Assembly: GCA_050253415.1 (NCBI GenBank)
Contig: JBFWJC010000002.1
Coordinates: 96,001-160,000, forward strand
Source: Pedobacter sp.
GTDB taxonomy: Bacteria; Desulfobacterota; Desulfuromonadia; Desulfuromonadales; Syntrophotaleaceae
Direction: 5' to 3'
Length of the DNA stretch: 64,000 bases
Below, piece after piece: positions 27,679 through 38,076 of this stretch. The notes below the pieces were generated by a model, which saw only the letters and a program-made list of their open reading frames with translations, did not search any database and was not told where the DNA came from. Both the position numbers and the translations under genes were made by a program. The stretch's first letter is position 1. Each line of letters begins with the position of its first letter.

Positions 27679-28074
27679 TTAGCGTGCAGCGCCGCGATAC
27701 CAGAGGGCGGCTGTCAATCCCCACAGGGCATTGACCAGCAGGATCAGCGCCGGGGTCAAGGCGCCATAACCGAGTCCGAAAAGCCCTCGCCCTGCAGCGG
27801 GCATCAGATGCAGCAACATGAAGGACGAAGGGGCCAGGCTCCACAGCAGGCCGCGCATGGCAGGTCGTCCCGGGAGCAGGGGCAGGGTGAACAGCAATCC
27901 CCACAGGCCGCCAACAACGAGGCGTGGGTAAAGCCAGGACAGGGTCAGCACGGGGTGCAGGGAGATACCCATCCAAGCGATGACGCCGTCACGGCTCAGT
28001 TCCCAGAACAACAGGCTGGAGAGCAGGGCGCCGATTGCCCCGCCGGTGAAGGCAGCACTCAGGTTGCGCAGCAT
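27679..28074 (-). CDS. Conserved hypothetical membrane protein
   Basis: Four hydrophobic segments; AGGAG RBS before MLRNLS. Confidence 0.75.
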   Translation of the reverse strand: MLRNLSAAFTGGAIGALLSSLLFWELSRDGVIAWMGISLHPVLTLSWLYPRLVVGGLWGLLFTLPLLPGRPAMRGLLWSLAPSSFMLLHLMPAAGRGLFGLGYGALTPALILLVNALWGLTAALWYRGAAR

Positions 28075-28084
28075 AGGTTCTCCT

Positions 28085-28477
28085 TTACTCCCAGCGTCCG
28101 CGACGCTTCTGAAGTGAAATGATTTCCACGTGACCGTGCTCGTTGATGAACGAGGTTGACAGCCAGCTGACGGCGGTGATGATAAGCGACCCCAGTACCG
28201 CCCACCAGAAGCCTTGCACATGGAATCCACCGATGACCCCCGATGCCATCATCAGCATCAACGCGTTGATGACAAAAGTGAACAGCCCCAGGGTGAGGAT
28301 GTTCAGTGGCAAGGTTACCAGCAGCAGAATGGGGCGAAAAAGAGCGTTAAGAATACCCAGTGCCGCTGCGGCAAAAAACGCGGAAAATGGCCCCCCCACC
28401 GTGATGCCGGGCAGCAGGTAGGCGGCAAGCAGAATAGCAAGGGTCAGCACAATCCAGCGAATCAGCATGCCTCGCAT
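28085..28477 (-). CDS. Phage holin family (YvlD/DUF360) membrane protein
   Basis: LGILNALFRPILLLVTLPLNILTLGLFTFVINALML motif. Confidence 0.88.
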   Translation of the reverse strand: MRGMLIRWIVLTLAILLAAYLLPGITVGGPFSAFFAAAALGILNALFRPILLLVTLPLNILTLGLFTFVINALMLMMASGVIGGFHVQGFWWAVLGSLIITAVSWLSTSFINEHGHVEIISLQKRRGRWE

Positions 28478-28606
28478 CGGTACCTCCGGGGAAATGGATA
28501 ATGTTGGCCCGTGGCGTTATCCGTCCGCGGGCGATTGCATGAGGCCAAGAATAGCGTAAATCGAAGTTGGATAAAAGGGGGTACCGTATGCTCTTGAGGA
28601 TTGCAC

Positions 28607-29065
28607 TCAGCAGCAGGCGCAATACCACCCTGAAAACTGCGGCAGTAAGACATTGTCGATCACATGAATGATGCCGTTGCTGCAGCGGATATCGGTTTTG
28701 GTCAAGCCGGCGTTGTCGATGCGCAGGGCACCGACCTCCAGATGGGCGGTCAGGTTTTTGCCGTTGCGGGTTCCGATGCTTTCTTCGTCCTCAAGGGCGT
28801 CAAACGGGTGCTCGCCGTCGGCGATATGATAAGTGAGGATGTCGGTCAGCTTGGAACGGTTGAGCAGGATTTCCTCAAGATTGACGCGTGTGAAGGCCTG
28901 GTTGTCGGGAGCGAAAAGGGTGATACTTTTCACTTCGGCCAACGTGTCGAGCAGGCTGACTTTGTTGAGTGCATGCAACAAGGTTTCGAAGGCCGGGTCT
29001 TCCCTGAGGGTCGTGAGAATGTCTTTCATGGCGGTCTCCAGGATTGTTGTTGGTGAAACAATCAT
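28607..29065 (-). CDS. Fasciclin domain protein
   Basis: TLFAPDNQAF, ILTYHI and NGIIHVIDNVLLP motifs; start may be the ATG at 29029. Confidence 0.9.
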   Translation of the reverse strand: MIVSPTTILETAMKDILTTLREDPAFETLLHALNKVSLLDTLAEVKSITLFAPDNQAFTRVNLEEILLNRSKLTDILTYHIADGEHPFDALEDEESIGTRNGKNLTAHLEVGALRIDNAGLTKTDIRCSNGIIHVIDNVLLPQFSGWYCACC

Positions 29066-29164
29066 AACTTGATTCGTCTTGATTATATCATGCTATGCGG
29101 GATGTGGCAGCCGGCGTTTCTCGGGATTGGTGACCTCGATGCAGAGGGGAAGTGGTTCCGCGAC

Positions 29165-31201
29165 TCAGTCCCCGAGCATTGCCTTCATCCGGTCAAAGGC
29201 GCTGTTAGCCAATTGGTCTTTTTCCTCTTCGGTGCTGGCGGTCGGGGCATCGCTTGAGATTGCCTGCAGAACCTCCCCGGGGATTTCCTCGAGAAACCGG
29301 CTCGGGAAACGGGGTTGCATGACACCGAATTTTTTTCGGCGGGAGGTGCCGAGCAGGGTCAGTTTTTTTTGAGCCCGGGTGATGCCGACATAGCACAGGC
29401 GCCGCTCCTCTTCGATATCGCAGGATCCTTCCACCGATTTTTTATGGGGCAGCAGGTCCTCTTCCATCCCGACCAGGAACACGCACGGAAATTCCAGTCC
29501 CTTGCTGGCATGCAGGCTCATGAGGACGACGGCATCCCGTTGCAGCTTGGCATCCTTGTCCTGGCGCGGCGGTTCATCCCGATCCAGCAACGATACTTTT
29601 TCCAAAAACCCTTCCAGGGTCGGCTGGGTTTCGCGTTGCTCGTAGGAGGCCATGGCGTTAATGACCTCGGCCACGTTGGCCATGCGCCGCCGTGCCCGAT
29701 CCGGGTCCTGGGCGGTGCGCAGCAGGTCGTCTTCAAAACGCAATTCTTCGAGTAATTCGCGCCCCGTATCGCTGAGTTGCCCGACACGGAACCGGCGGCG
29801 GTAGTTTTCCATCAGGCGTATGAACCCATGGGCCGCCTCGACCACCTTGTCGCCGAGCCCTTCGACATTTTCGGCATTCTGCAAGACCTGCCACAACGGA
29901 ATATCGTGTTCCGCCGAAAAGCGGATCAGACGGTCGGCGCTGGTGTCGCCGATGCCGCGCTTGGGCGTGTTGAGGATGCGCAGCAGGTTGACCTCATCGC
30001 GCGGATTAAGCAGTACGCGGAAGTAGGCCATCACATCCTTGACTTCCTTGCGATCGAAAAACTGCTGGCCGCCGATCAGCACATAGGGAACGTTCTGATA
30101 CCGCAGCTGTTCTTCAAAAGCGCGTGACTGAACATTGGTGCGAAACAGGATGGAGAAATCGCGGTAACTGAGCTTTTCCTTGAACCTGTCGGTCATGATC
30201 CGTTCGACCACCGACCGGGCCTCGTCTTCGTCGTCGTCGCACAACAGGTAGTCGATCTTCTTGCCGGGGCCGTCTGCGGTCCATAAGGCTTTGATTTTAC
30301 GTTTGGTGTTGTTGCGGATGACGGCGTTGGCGGCGGTCAGGATATTGCCGGTGGAGCGGTAATTCTGCTCCAGGCGGATAACCATGGTGCCGGGGAAATC
30401 CTTTTCAAAATCGAGGATATTGCCCAGGTCGGCGCCGCGCCAGCCGTAGATGGACTGATCGTCATCGCCGACCACGCAAAGGTTGCGGTGCCCCTGGGCC
30501 AGCAGCCGCAGCAGCCGGTATTGGGCGGCGTTGGTGTCCTGGTATTCGTCGACCATCAGGTAGCGAAAGCGCAGCTGGTACTTTTCCAGCACGGCGGGTT
30601 TGTCCTGCAGCAGGCGCACGGCAAGCATGATCAAGTCGTCGAAGTCAACGGCGTTAAAGGCTTTAAGGGCGCGTTGGTAGCGGGGGTAGATGGTGCTTAC
30701 CACTTGGCCGTACTCGTCGCCATAACCCGGTTGGAAGGCTTCGGGGGGGATAAGACGGTTTTTGGCGTCGGAAATCAGGTACAGCACCCGGTCGGCATCG
30801 TATTTTCGCAGGCTGGTGTTGACCTCCTGCAACAGATCGCGGATCAGGCGCAGCTGGTCGGCTCCTCCATAGATGGAAAAATTCTTTTTGTAGCCGAGTT
30901 GCTCGATGTCTTCCTTGAGAATGCGTACGCAAAGGGCATGAAAGGTGCTGATGATCATGCCCTTGGCCTGCTTGCGGCCGACAATCCCTTCCACCCGTTC
31001 GCGCATCTCGCGGGCGGCCTTATTGGTAAAGGTGACGGATAAAATAGCTTGCGCGGGGATACCGATATCCTGCAGCAGGTAACCGATACGGCTGGTGATA
31101 ACCCGGGTTTTGCCGGAACCGGCACCGGCCAGAAGCAGCAGGGGGCCTTCCGTATGGCGCACGGCGGCAAGCTGTTGGTCGTTAAGGGCGGAAAGATCCA
31201 T
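29165..31201 (-). CDS. UvrD/Rep/PcrA family DNA helicase
   Basis: AGAGSGKT, VDEYQDTN, VGDDDQSIY, LEQNYRS, HASKGLEF and EERRLCYVGITRA; start set at MDLSALN. Confidence 0.95.
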   Translation of the reverse strand: MDLSALNDQQLAAVRHTEGPLLLLAGAGSGKTRVITSRIGYLLQDIGIPAQAILSVTFTNKAAREMRERVEGIVGRKQAKGMIISTFHALCVRILKEDIEQLGYKKNFSIYGGADQLRLIRDLLQEVNTSLRKYDADRVLYLISDAKNRLIPPEAFQPGYGDEYGQVVSTIYPRYQRALKAFNAVDFDDLIMLAVRLLQDKPAVLEKYQLRFRYLMVDEYQDTNAAQYRLLRLLAQGHRNLCVVGDDDQSIYGWRGADLGNILDFEKDFPGTMVIRLEQNYRSTGNILTAANAVIRNNTKRKIKALWTADGPGKKIDYLLCDDDEDEARSVVERIMTDRFKEKLSYRDFSILFRTNVQSRAFEEQLRYQNVPYVLIGGQQFFDRKEVKDVMAYFRVLLNPRDEVNLLRILNTPKRGIGDTSADRLIRFSAEHDIPLWQVLQNAENVEGLGDKVVEAAHGFIRLMENYRRRFRVGQLSDTGRELLEELRFEDDLLRTAQDPDRARRRMANVAEVINAMASYEQRETQPTLEGFLEKVSLLDRDEPPRQDKDAKLQRDAVVLMSLHASKGLEFPCVFLVGMEEDLLPHKKSVEGSCDIEEERRLCYVGITRAQKKLTLLGTSRRKKFGVMQPRFPSRFLEEIPGEVLQAISSDAPTASTEEEKDQLANSAFDRMKAMLGD

Positions 31202-31701
31202 AATACGTGGCCGGGAGTGGGAAGTTAAACAAGGGATGGTCTGCAGCGAAAACTGCCGAAACAGGGCGGAACATAGCACAGCTGGCGATGCGCAGCAAGG
31301 GTGCCTGTAAGGGCTTTGGGGCGAATGTCTGCATCAGGCAACAAAGTGTGCTATCGCACAGTTGGAAACTGTGCTGAAGTGTTATCGAAACAACACGAAA
31401 GCATCTTGCTTTTCATGAGTGTTTCGGGTAGTGTGCCGCAAGTTTTGAGACAGCTGTTTTACTCTTCAGTCTTTACGGTGCGTCGTATGTTTAAAACTGT
31501 CGTTGTGCTTTTCAGCCTTATTTGGGCTTCGTTGTTGCTGGTTTCCTGGAGCGGCGGCGAGCAGGTACATCCCTCCCCCGAAACTAAAGTCGCGATGCAG
31601 CCTGATTTTTAGGCGCCGTCGCATCACCTCTGTTTTGTTCGATTCTTTCGGCCGCAGGCTTTGCCGGCGCGCCGCACGGTCATCATTTCCCTTTTTTTCG
31701 C

Positions 31702-32622
31702 TTAATCCTCTGCAACCCGACTCCCCTGACGCGTTCCACGTCGGCGTAATTCGTCTTCGATGGCGTTGAGCACTTCCCATTTGTTCAGCGACCACAGTGG
31801 CGCCAGCAAGGTATCGCGCGGTCCGTCCCCCGTCAGTCGGTGGATCAGGGTCCGTGCCGGTAACCGTTCAAGCACATCCGCCACCAGCGATACATATTCC
31901 TGTTGTTCCAGTATCTTGACGCCGCCTTGCTGATACAGGTCACCCAGCGGCGTGCCGCGCAGAACGTGCAGCAGATGCAGCTTGATACCATCGACCCTCA
32001 GACGCGCCATCTCGTCGGCCGTGGCCAGCATATCGGCGCGGGTTTCTCCCGGTAATCCCAGGATCACATGCACGCATACCCGCAACCCGCGGGCTTTGGC
32101 TGCCGTATAAGCTTCGAGAAAACAGGCGTAATCGTGTCCTCGGCGTAACAGGTCGAGGGTGTGGTCATGGCTGCTTTGCAGACCGAGCTCCAGCCAGAAA
32201 TAGGTGCGCTTGTGATATTCTTCCAGCAGGTCCAGAACCTCTGGCGGCACGCAATCCGGGCGGGTGCCGACAGCCAGCCCCACCACGCCCTCAACGCCCA
32301 GGGCCTCGTCGTACAGGGCGCGCAGCTGCGCGGGTGGCGCGAACGTATTGGAGAACGGCTGGAAATAGGCCAGAAAGTGCTTGGCCTTGTATTTGCGGAT
32401 CATGATTTTCTTGCCGAGCTCAAGCTGTTCGGCCACCGGGAATCCGCGGTCGATGCCAACCGAACCGGATCCGTCCGGATCGCAGAACAGGCAGCCGGGC
32501 CGATCGCGGGTGGCTCCGCGATTGGGGCAGGAAAAACCCGCATCGATGGATATCTTATGTACGCGTCCGCCGAAGCGTTGTTTCAGGTGCTGGGAAAATG
32601 TAAGGTAAGGTTTCTCTTGCAT
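31702..32622 (-). CDS. TIGR01212 (YhcC) family radical SAM protein
   Basis: AGFSCPNR..GCLFC, GTRPDC and ELGLQS motifs. Confidence 0.92.
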   Translation of the reverse strand: MQEKPYLTFSQHLKQRFGGRVHKISIDAGFSCPNRGATRDRPGCLFCDPDGSGSVGIDRGFPVAEQLELGKKIMIRKYKAKHFLAYFQPFSNTFAPPAQLRALYDEALGVEGVVGLAVGTRPDCVPPEVLDLLEEYHKRTYFWLELGLQSSHDHTLDLLRRGHDYACFLEAYTAAKARGLRVCVHVILGLPGETRADMLATADEMARLRVDGIKLHLLHVLRGTPLGDLYQQGGVKILEQQEYVSLVADVLERLPARTLIHRLTGDGPRDTLLAPLWSLNKWEVLNAIEDELRRRGTRQGSRVAED

Positions 32623-32814
32623 GGGGGGACTATGCCACCAGTTTGCGCCGAGGGCAAGATGTTTGGTCCTCCCGCGGGGAATCTTCTGCTGCGATTGAAA
32701 TCACCTCCTCGCCTGATATAATCCTGACGACTTTAGCGATGCTCTCTTCTTGCCTGTTGATTCCGGCGGGAAGGGCCGTTTTGGATAAGGATAGACGCCA
32801 AGGGAGGTAGTATA

Positions 32815-33201
32815 GTGGCACGTTTGCTGGTGGTTGATGACGAACAGGATATTCGTTACCTGTTTCAATGTGAACTGGAGGAGGAGGGGTACCAGGTCGA
32901 TGCGGCCGATTCGGCAGCCGAGGCCGAGCGCTTGTTGCAACAGGGAAGTTATGACCTGGTGGTACTCGATATTCAGATCGGCAGCGACAACGGTCTGGCG
33001 GTATTGCAGGATATCATCAGCCGGCAGAAGGACCTGCCGGTGATTCTGTGTACGGCCTTCAGTTGTTACAAGGAAGATTTTTCATCCTGGCTGGCCGATG
33101 GCTACGTGGTGAAAAGTTCGGATCTGACCGAGTTGAAAAAAGAGATCCAGCGTGTGTTGACCAAACGGGGTAAACTACCCAGCAGCGGGAGGCCGAACTG
33201 A
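32815..33201 (+). CDS. Single-domain response regulator
   Basis: LLVVDDE, LVVLDI, ILCTA and YVVK receiver motifs. Confidence 0.92.
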   Translation: MARLLVVDDEQDIRYLFQCELEEEGYQVDAADSAAEAERLLQQGSYDLVVLDIQIGSDNGLAVLQDIISRQKDLPVILCTAFSCYKEDFSSWLADGYVVKSSDLTELKKEIQRVLTKRGKLPSSGRPN

Positions 33202-35720
33202 TGAAAGCCGTTATTATGGCGGGTGGATTCGGAACCCGCATGCAACCCTTGACGATTAACCTGCCCAAACCGATGATTCCGCTGGTCAATCAGCCTATCA
33301 TGAGCCACATCATCGATCTGTTGAAGCAACACGGTATCTCGGACGTGGTCATGCTGTTGTTTCACCAACCCGAGATCATCAAAAACTACTTCGGCGACGG
33401 TAGCGAGTTGGGGGTTCGCATCACCTACGTGACGCCCCTGGAGGATTTTGGCACCGCCGGCGCGGTCAAGGCGGCGGCTCCCTACCTCGACGAGCGGTTC
33501 CTTGTTATCAGCGGCGACCTGCTCACCGATTTCGATCTGACAGCGGTGTTGAAATTCCATGAGCAAAAAAAGGCTCTGGCCACCATTACTTTGACCTCCG
33601 TTGAGGACCCCTTGCAGTTTGGCGTGGTGATTACCGACCAGGAAGGTACGATTACCAAATTCCTGGAAAAACCGGGTTGGGGCGAAGTTTTTTCCGACAC
33701 CATCAATACCGGCATCTATGTTCTGGAGCCCGAAGTTCTGGACATGATTCCCGAGGAGACCAATCGCGACTGGTCCAAGGATATATTCCCGAAGATGATG
33801 GCCGAAGGCCGTCCGTTATACGGCTGCCAGCAGCAAGGTTATTGGGCGGATATAGGCAATACCGATGCGTATCTGGAGACCTGCCGGGATATTTTCCATG
33901 AACGGGCGGTGATCACGCTGCCTGAGCCGACTTTGGCCGATGCCACGCGTCGGATCTACCTCGGCACCGATACCCAGGTGGCGGAAACCGACCTGTCTTT
34001 GCTCGAAGGTATGGTGATGATCGGCGACAACAGTCAGGTGCTGGGTCGCGCGCAGCTCAAGAACTGCATCGTTGGCCGCAACTGCGTGATCGAAGACGAA
34101 GTCGAGTTGGAAAATACGATTCTGTGGGACAACGTCTATGTCAAACGGGGCTGCCGCCTGTCCGGCACCGTGGTCGGTCATCGCGTGCGTTTGGGGCGCG
34201 GGGTGGTGTCGGAAGAGGGCACCGTCATCGGTGACGAAACCGATGTCGGGGACGAGGTTTATTTGCGCAAGGACGTCAAAATCTGGCCGCGCAAGTCCAT
34301 CGAAAGCGGTTCCATCGTCAGCACCAATCTTATATGGGGCGACAAGTGGCGCAAGACCTTGTTCGACGGGGCGTCGGTCAGGGGGCTGAGCAACGTGGAA
34401 TTGTCGCCCGAATTCTGCGCCAAGCTCGGTGCGGCTTATGGCTCGGTATTGCCGCGCGACAGCTATGTGATTACCAGCCGCGATGGTCAGCGCTCGTCCC
34501 GCATGCTCAAGCGCGCCTTTCTGGGCGGGTTGCTGTCCACCGGCGTCAATGTGCGTGATATCAAACAGATTCCCCTGCCGGTCATGAGCTATAAACTTGG
34601 CACTTTCGGCGAGGTGGGCGGCGTGCATTTTCGCCAGTTTCGCGACGATCCGGCGGCTACCGAAATTCTTTTTTACGATGCCGAAGGTTTTGAAATCTCT
34701 TCGGGTACCGCCAAGTCGATCGAAAGGATCTTTTTCAAGGAAAATTTCCGGCGCGTGCACTATGCCGAACCCGGTGAAATTCGCGAACTTCCCCAGCTGA
34801 ACGATTTTTACCGAGAGGGATTCATGCGGGCCCTGGATGCCACAATGATCCGATCCTTTGCGCCCAAAGTGGTGATCGATCTGAATCATTCGCCGGCCGG
34901 CGAACTGCTCCCCGGGTTATTGACCGATCTTGGTTGCGAGGTGATCGAACTGAATTCCCACGTTGAAGCGGGGCGCAGTGCCCTTCAGCCGGAGCAGACT
35001 GCCCGCGCCATGGAGCAGTTGGCCCGCATCGTGGGTTCTCTGGAGGCCACGGCCGGATTCTGGCTCGATCCTTCCGGGGAACAGTTGCGCATGATCGACG
35101 AAGGTGGGGTGCTGCTGTCGGAGATCGAAGCTCTTGGTGTGGTGGTATCTCTGGTCAGCCGCTGTGAGCGCAACGGTACCATAGTGTTGCCGGTTTCGGC
35201 ACCGATGGCCATGGAGAGAGTTGCCCAGGAGGGGGGGCTGGTCTTTCGCTCGGTCAAGAATGATGCCCGAGCATTGCTCGAGGCGGTCTCCGAGCGTGGC
35301 GGGTTGATGACCGCGAGCATGGACGGACGATTTGCCCTGCCGTCTTTCCAGAATCATTTCGATGGCATGTTCGCGGCCGCTAAGATTGTCGAGATGCTTG
35401 GCCGCACCGGTATGACCCTCGGTAATTTGCGACGGACTTTGCCTTCCCGGGCCTATCGGCAGGTTCAGATTCCATGCAGCCGCCAGTTCAAAGGGGGCCT
35501 GATGCGTAAGATGAGTGAGCATTCGGTCAATCTGGATGCTTCGTTCATCGATGGCGTCAAGGTTCGGTTCGATGACGACTGGGTGTTGGTGTTACCCGAC
35601 CAGCACCGCCCGGTTCTGCATGTCATTGCCGATTCCCCTGATGCCCAGCGGGCCGAAAGTCTGCTCAACTGTTACAAGGACAAAGTTGAAACCTGGAAGA
35701 AGGAACTTTTACAATCCTGA
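33201..35720 (+). CDS. Mannose-1-phosphate guanylyltransferase-like nucleotidyltransferase / hexapeptide / phosphomutase-like fusion
   Basis: MAGGFGTR..PKPM, left-handed beta-helix repeats, C-terminal PGM/PMM-like domains. Confidence 0.9.
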   Translation: MKAVIMAGGFGTRMQPLTINLPKPMIPLVNQPIMSHIIDLLKQHGISDVVMLLFHQPEIIKNYFGDGSELGVRITYVTPLEDFGTAGAVKAAAPYLDERFLVISGDLLTDFDLTAVLKFHEQKKALATITLTSVEDPLQFGVVITDQEGTITKFLEKPGWGEVFSDTINTGIYVLEPEVLDMIPEETNRDWSKDIFPKMMAEGRPLYGCQQQGYWADIGNTDAYLETCRDIFHERAVITLPEPTLADATRRIYLGTDTQVAETDLSLLEGMVMIGDNSQVLGRAQLKNCIVGRNCVIEDEVELENTILWDNVYVKRGCRLSGTVVGHRVRLGRGVVSEEGTVIGDETDVGDEVYLRKDVKIWPRKSIESGSIVSTNLIWGDKWRKTLFDGASVRGLSNVELSPEFCAKLGAAYGSVLPRDSYVITSRDGQRSSRMLKRAFLGGLLSTGVNVRDIKQIPLPVMSYKLGTFGEVGGVHFRQFRDDPAATEILFYDAEGFEISSGTAKSIERIFFKENFRRVHYAEPGEIRELPQLNDFYREGFMRALDATMIRSFAPKVVIDLNHSPAGELLPGLLTDLGCEVIELNSHVEAGRSALQPEQTARAMEQLARIVGSLEATAGFWLDPSGEQLRMIDEGGVLLSEIEALGVVVSLVSRCERNGTIVLPVSAPMAMERVAQEGGLVFRSVKNDARALLEAVSERGGLMTASMDGRFALPSFQNHFDGMFAAAKIVEMLGRTGMTLGNLRRTLPSRAYRQVQIPCSRQFKGGLMRKMSEHSVNLDASFIDGVKVRFDDDWVLVLPDQHRPVLHVIADSPDAQRAESLLNCYKDKVETWKKELLQS

Positions 35721-35743
35721 CAGGAATGCAAAAAGCTGCTCTT

Positions 35744-35813
35744 TCACCGCGGAGAACGCTAAACGTTTTAAGTCATTGGTTTTCTTTGCGATCTCAGCGG
35801 TCTCTGCGGTAAA
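35744..35813. repeat. Nonamer-period intergenic hairpin
   Basis: tcaccgcggagaacgctaaacg...ctttgcgatctcagcggtctctgcggtaa. Confidence 0.6.
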
Positions 35814-35946
35814 TCGGTATTTTGTATTATTCATGGCCCGGATAAGGACGCGGGACTGGTCTTTCAGGGACGCAATGCTCACCATAACCCAGCTGTGATA
35901 CCTGCAAAGGCAAAAAGGAGGTTGAAAGCATCTGCTGAAAACGCCT

Positions 35947-38040
35947 GTGAAACCCTTGAACATTGCCGTGATATGGCATATGCATCAGCCCGACTACCGG
36001 GATCCCTTGCAGGATGAAGTGCTGCTTCCGTGGGCTTTTCTGCACGCGGTAAAGGATTACGGGGATATGCTGCAGGTCGCCCTTGATCATGGTGCCCGCG
36101 TGACCTTTAACCTGGTTCCTACTCTCGTGGAGCAGTTGCAGGGGTATGCCTCCGGTACCTTGCGTGATCGTTGGATCGACCTCGCAAGCCGGGATCCCGA
36201 GGCCTTCGGTGATGGGGAGCGGGCCTTTCTGGTGGAGGCGTTTTTTTCCGTTCACGCCGAGCGGCACATACAGCCTTATGCCCGCTATCGTGAGTTGGCG
36301 ACGCTGCGTGAGCTGGGGGACGGCTTTGCCTGGCAGCGGTTTTCAGTCCAGGACCTGCGCGATTTGCAGGTCTGGTTTTTACTGGCCTGGGCAGGGCATT
36401 ATCTGCGCCAGGAATCAGCGGTGGTGAAGGATCTCCTGGTTAAAGGCAGGCATTTCGACGAGCAGGATAAACAGCGCTTACTGCAAACCTATCAGCAGGT
36501 TGTGCAGGGGATTCTCACTCGTTACCGGCAGGCTGAAACCGCTGCGTCGGTCGAGTTATCCGTGACGCCGTACGCGCATCCCATTTTGCCTTTGCTATGC
36601 GATACCAGCGAAGCTTCCCAGGCCCGGCCCGGCGTTCATCTGCCCGATACGCCTTTCCGCTTTCCGGAAGATGCCCGGCGTCATACCCGCTTGGGTTTGC
36701 AATGCGCGCGTGATGTTTTTGGCCCTGGCCAGCGTGGCGTCTGGCCGGCTGAAGGCGGATTAAGCGACGCGGCAGTGCGCATTCTGATTGAAGAGGGGGC
36801 GCGCTGGGCGGCCAGTGACGAAGCGCTGTTGGATAAATCATTGCCTGGCGGCCTGGGCGATCGCAGTCGCCTCTACCGATCCTACAGTCTGGCCGGGTTG
36901 CCGCTGTTGTTCAGGGATCGGGAACTGTCGGATCGCATCGGATTTGTGTATGCTTCCTGGCCTGCACGGGATGCGGCGGCTGACCTGCTTGAGCGTCTGC
37001 GGGCGTTGGCAAAGCAGGCGCCGGGCGGTCTGGTGGCTTTGATTCTGGATGGGGAAAACTGCTGGGAACGTTACGAGGACAACGGCTATCCCTTTTTGAA
37101 GGCCTTTTATCAGGGGATTGCAGACGATCCGGTGTTGCAGACCGTTACTGTCAGCGAGGCGCTGGCAGAGCATAAACCCGAGCCCCTGCCACGTTTGGCG
37201 CCCGGCTCCTGGATTAATGGCGATTTTGATGTCTGGATCGGGCATCCGGAGGAAAACCGGGCCTGGGAATGGTTGGGAGAGGCGCGGCGTGCGCTACAGG
37301 AAGTGGATGACGATCTGCGGGCGACAGCCTTGCCGCACCTGTTGAGGGCCGAAGGCAGTGACTGGTTCTGGTGGTTTGGCGAACATCACCAGACCCAGCA
37401 GGCCGGTACCTTCGATCAGCTGTTCCGCCATCACTTGCAGGCTTTGTACCGCGCGGTGAAACGGCCGGTGCCGGGTTATCTCAGTTACCCTTTGCGGGCT
37501 CCGCAACGTCGCAGTCGCGTATGGGAGCCGACCAGCCTGGTGTGCCCGGTTATCGATGGTCAGGTTACCGATTATTTTGAGTGGCTGGGGGCAGGCAGTG
37601 TCGAGTTGGCTGCGGGCGGCGCCATGCACGATACCAGTTTCGATCTGGTGGGATTTTATTACGGGTATGATGAAAAATATTTTTATCTGCGGTTTGATTT
37701 TCGACAACCCATGGAGCGCTTGACCGGAGCGGGGGGGGAACTGTTTCTGCAGGTACAGACCGATTTCCCCTGGGTTGCCCGCCTGGTTGCAGGCTCTCAT
37801 CGCACGGTGGTTCGACGGGCCTCCGGGGAGGGTGGGGCCGTTTACGCTCCGGGAGCTTGTGCATCCGTTGCCGAACTGGCCCTGCCGTTGGACTTGCTGA
37901 AGCTTGCGCCAGGGGATCGCCTGATTCTGAGCTGGCAGTTGCTGTCCTCCGGCCGTGAATTGGCCCACTGGCCTTCTGACGGGCCGTTGACCTTGACCTA
38001 CTTTGGTACCGACCTGGATGTCCGGCAGTGGCCGCTCTGA
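35947..38040 (+). CDS. Glycoside hydrolase family 57 (amylopullulanase-like)
   Basis: WHMHQP, HPILPL, WPAEG, LDGENCWE and AEGSDWFWW motifs. Confidence 0.92.
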   Translation: MKPLNIAVIWHMHQPDYRDPLQDEVLLPWAFLHAVKDYGDMLQVALDHGARVTFNLVPTLVEQLQGYASGTLRDRWIDLASRDPEAFGDGERAFLVEAFFSVHAERHIQPYARYRELATLRELGDGFAWQRFSVQDLRDLQVWFLLAWAGHYLRQESAVVKDLLVKGRHFDEQDKQRLLQTYQQVVQGILTRYRQAETAASVELSVTPYAHPILPLLCDTSEASQARPGVHLPDTPFRFPEDARRHTRLGLQCARDVFGPGQRGVWPAEGGLSDAAVRILIEEGARWAASDEALLDKSLPGGLGDRSRLYRSYSLAGLPLLFRDRELSDRIGFVYASWPARDAAADLLERLRALAKQAPGGLVALILDGENCWERYEDNGYPFLKAFYQGIADDPVLQTVTVSEALAEHKPEPLPRLAPGSWINGDFDVWIGHPEENRAWEWLGEARRALQEVDDDLRATALPHLLRAEGSDWFWWFGEHHQTQQAGTFDQLFRHHLQALYRAVKRPVPGYLSYPLRAPQRRSRVWEPTSLVCPVIDGQVTDYFEWLGAGSVELAAGGAMHDTSFDLVGFYYGYDEKYFYLRFDFRQPMERLTGAGGELFLQVQTDFPWVARLVAGSHRTVVRRASGEGGAVYAPGACASVAELALPLDLLKLAPGDRLILSWQLLSSGRELAHWPSDGPLTLTYFGTDLDVRQWPL

Positions 38041-38076
38041 GTCCGTGCATGGTTTTGCAGGAAAGGAGTTGTACCC

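Noticed and set aside
28085..28477. Prophage, suggested by the holin-family gene near the M23 peptidase
   Set aside because: Both families are common in core genomes, and there are no structural, terminase or integrase genes.
31487..31612. 41 aa hydrophobic small ORF
   Set aside because: No clear RBS or motif; cannot be supported from sequence alone.
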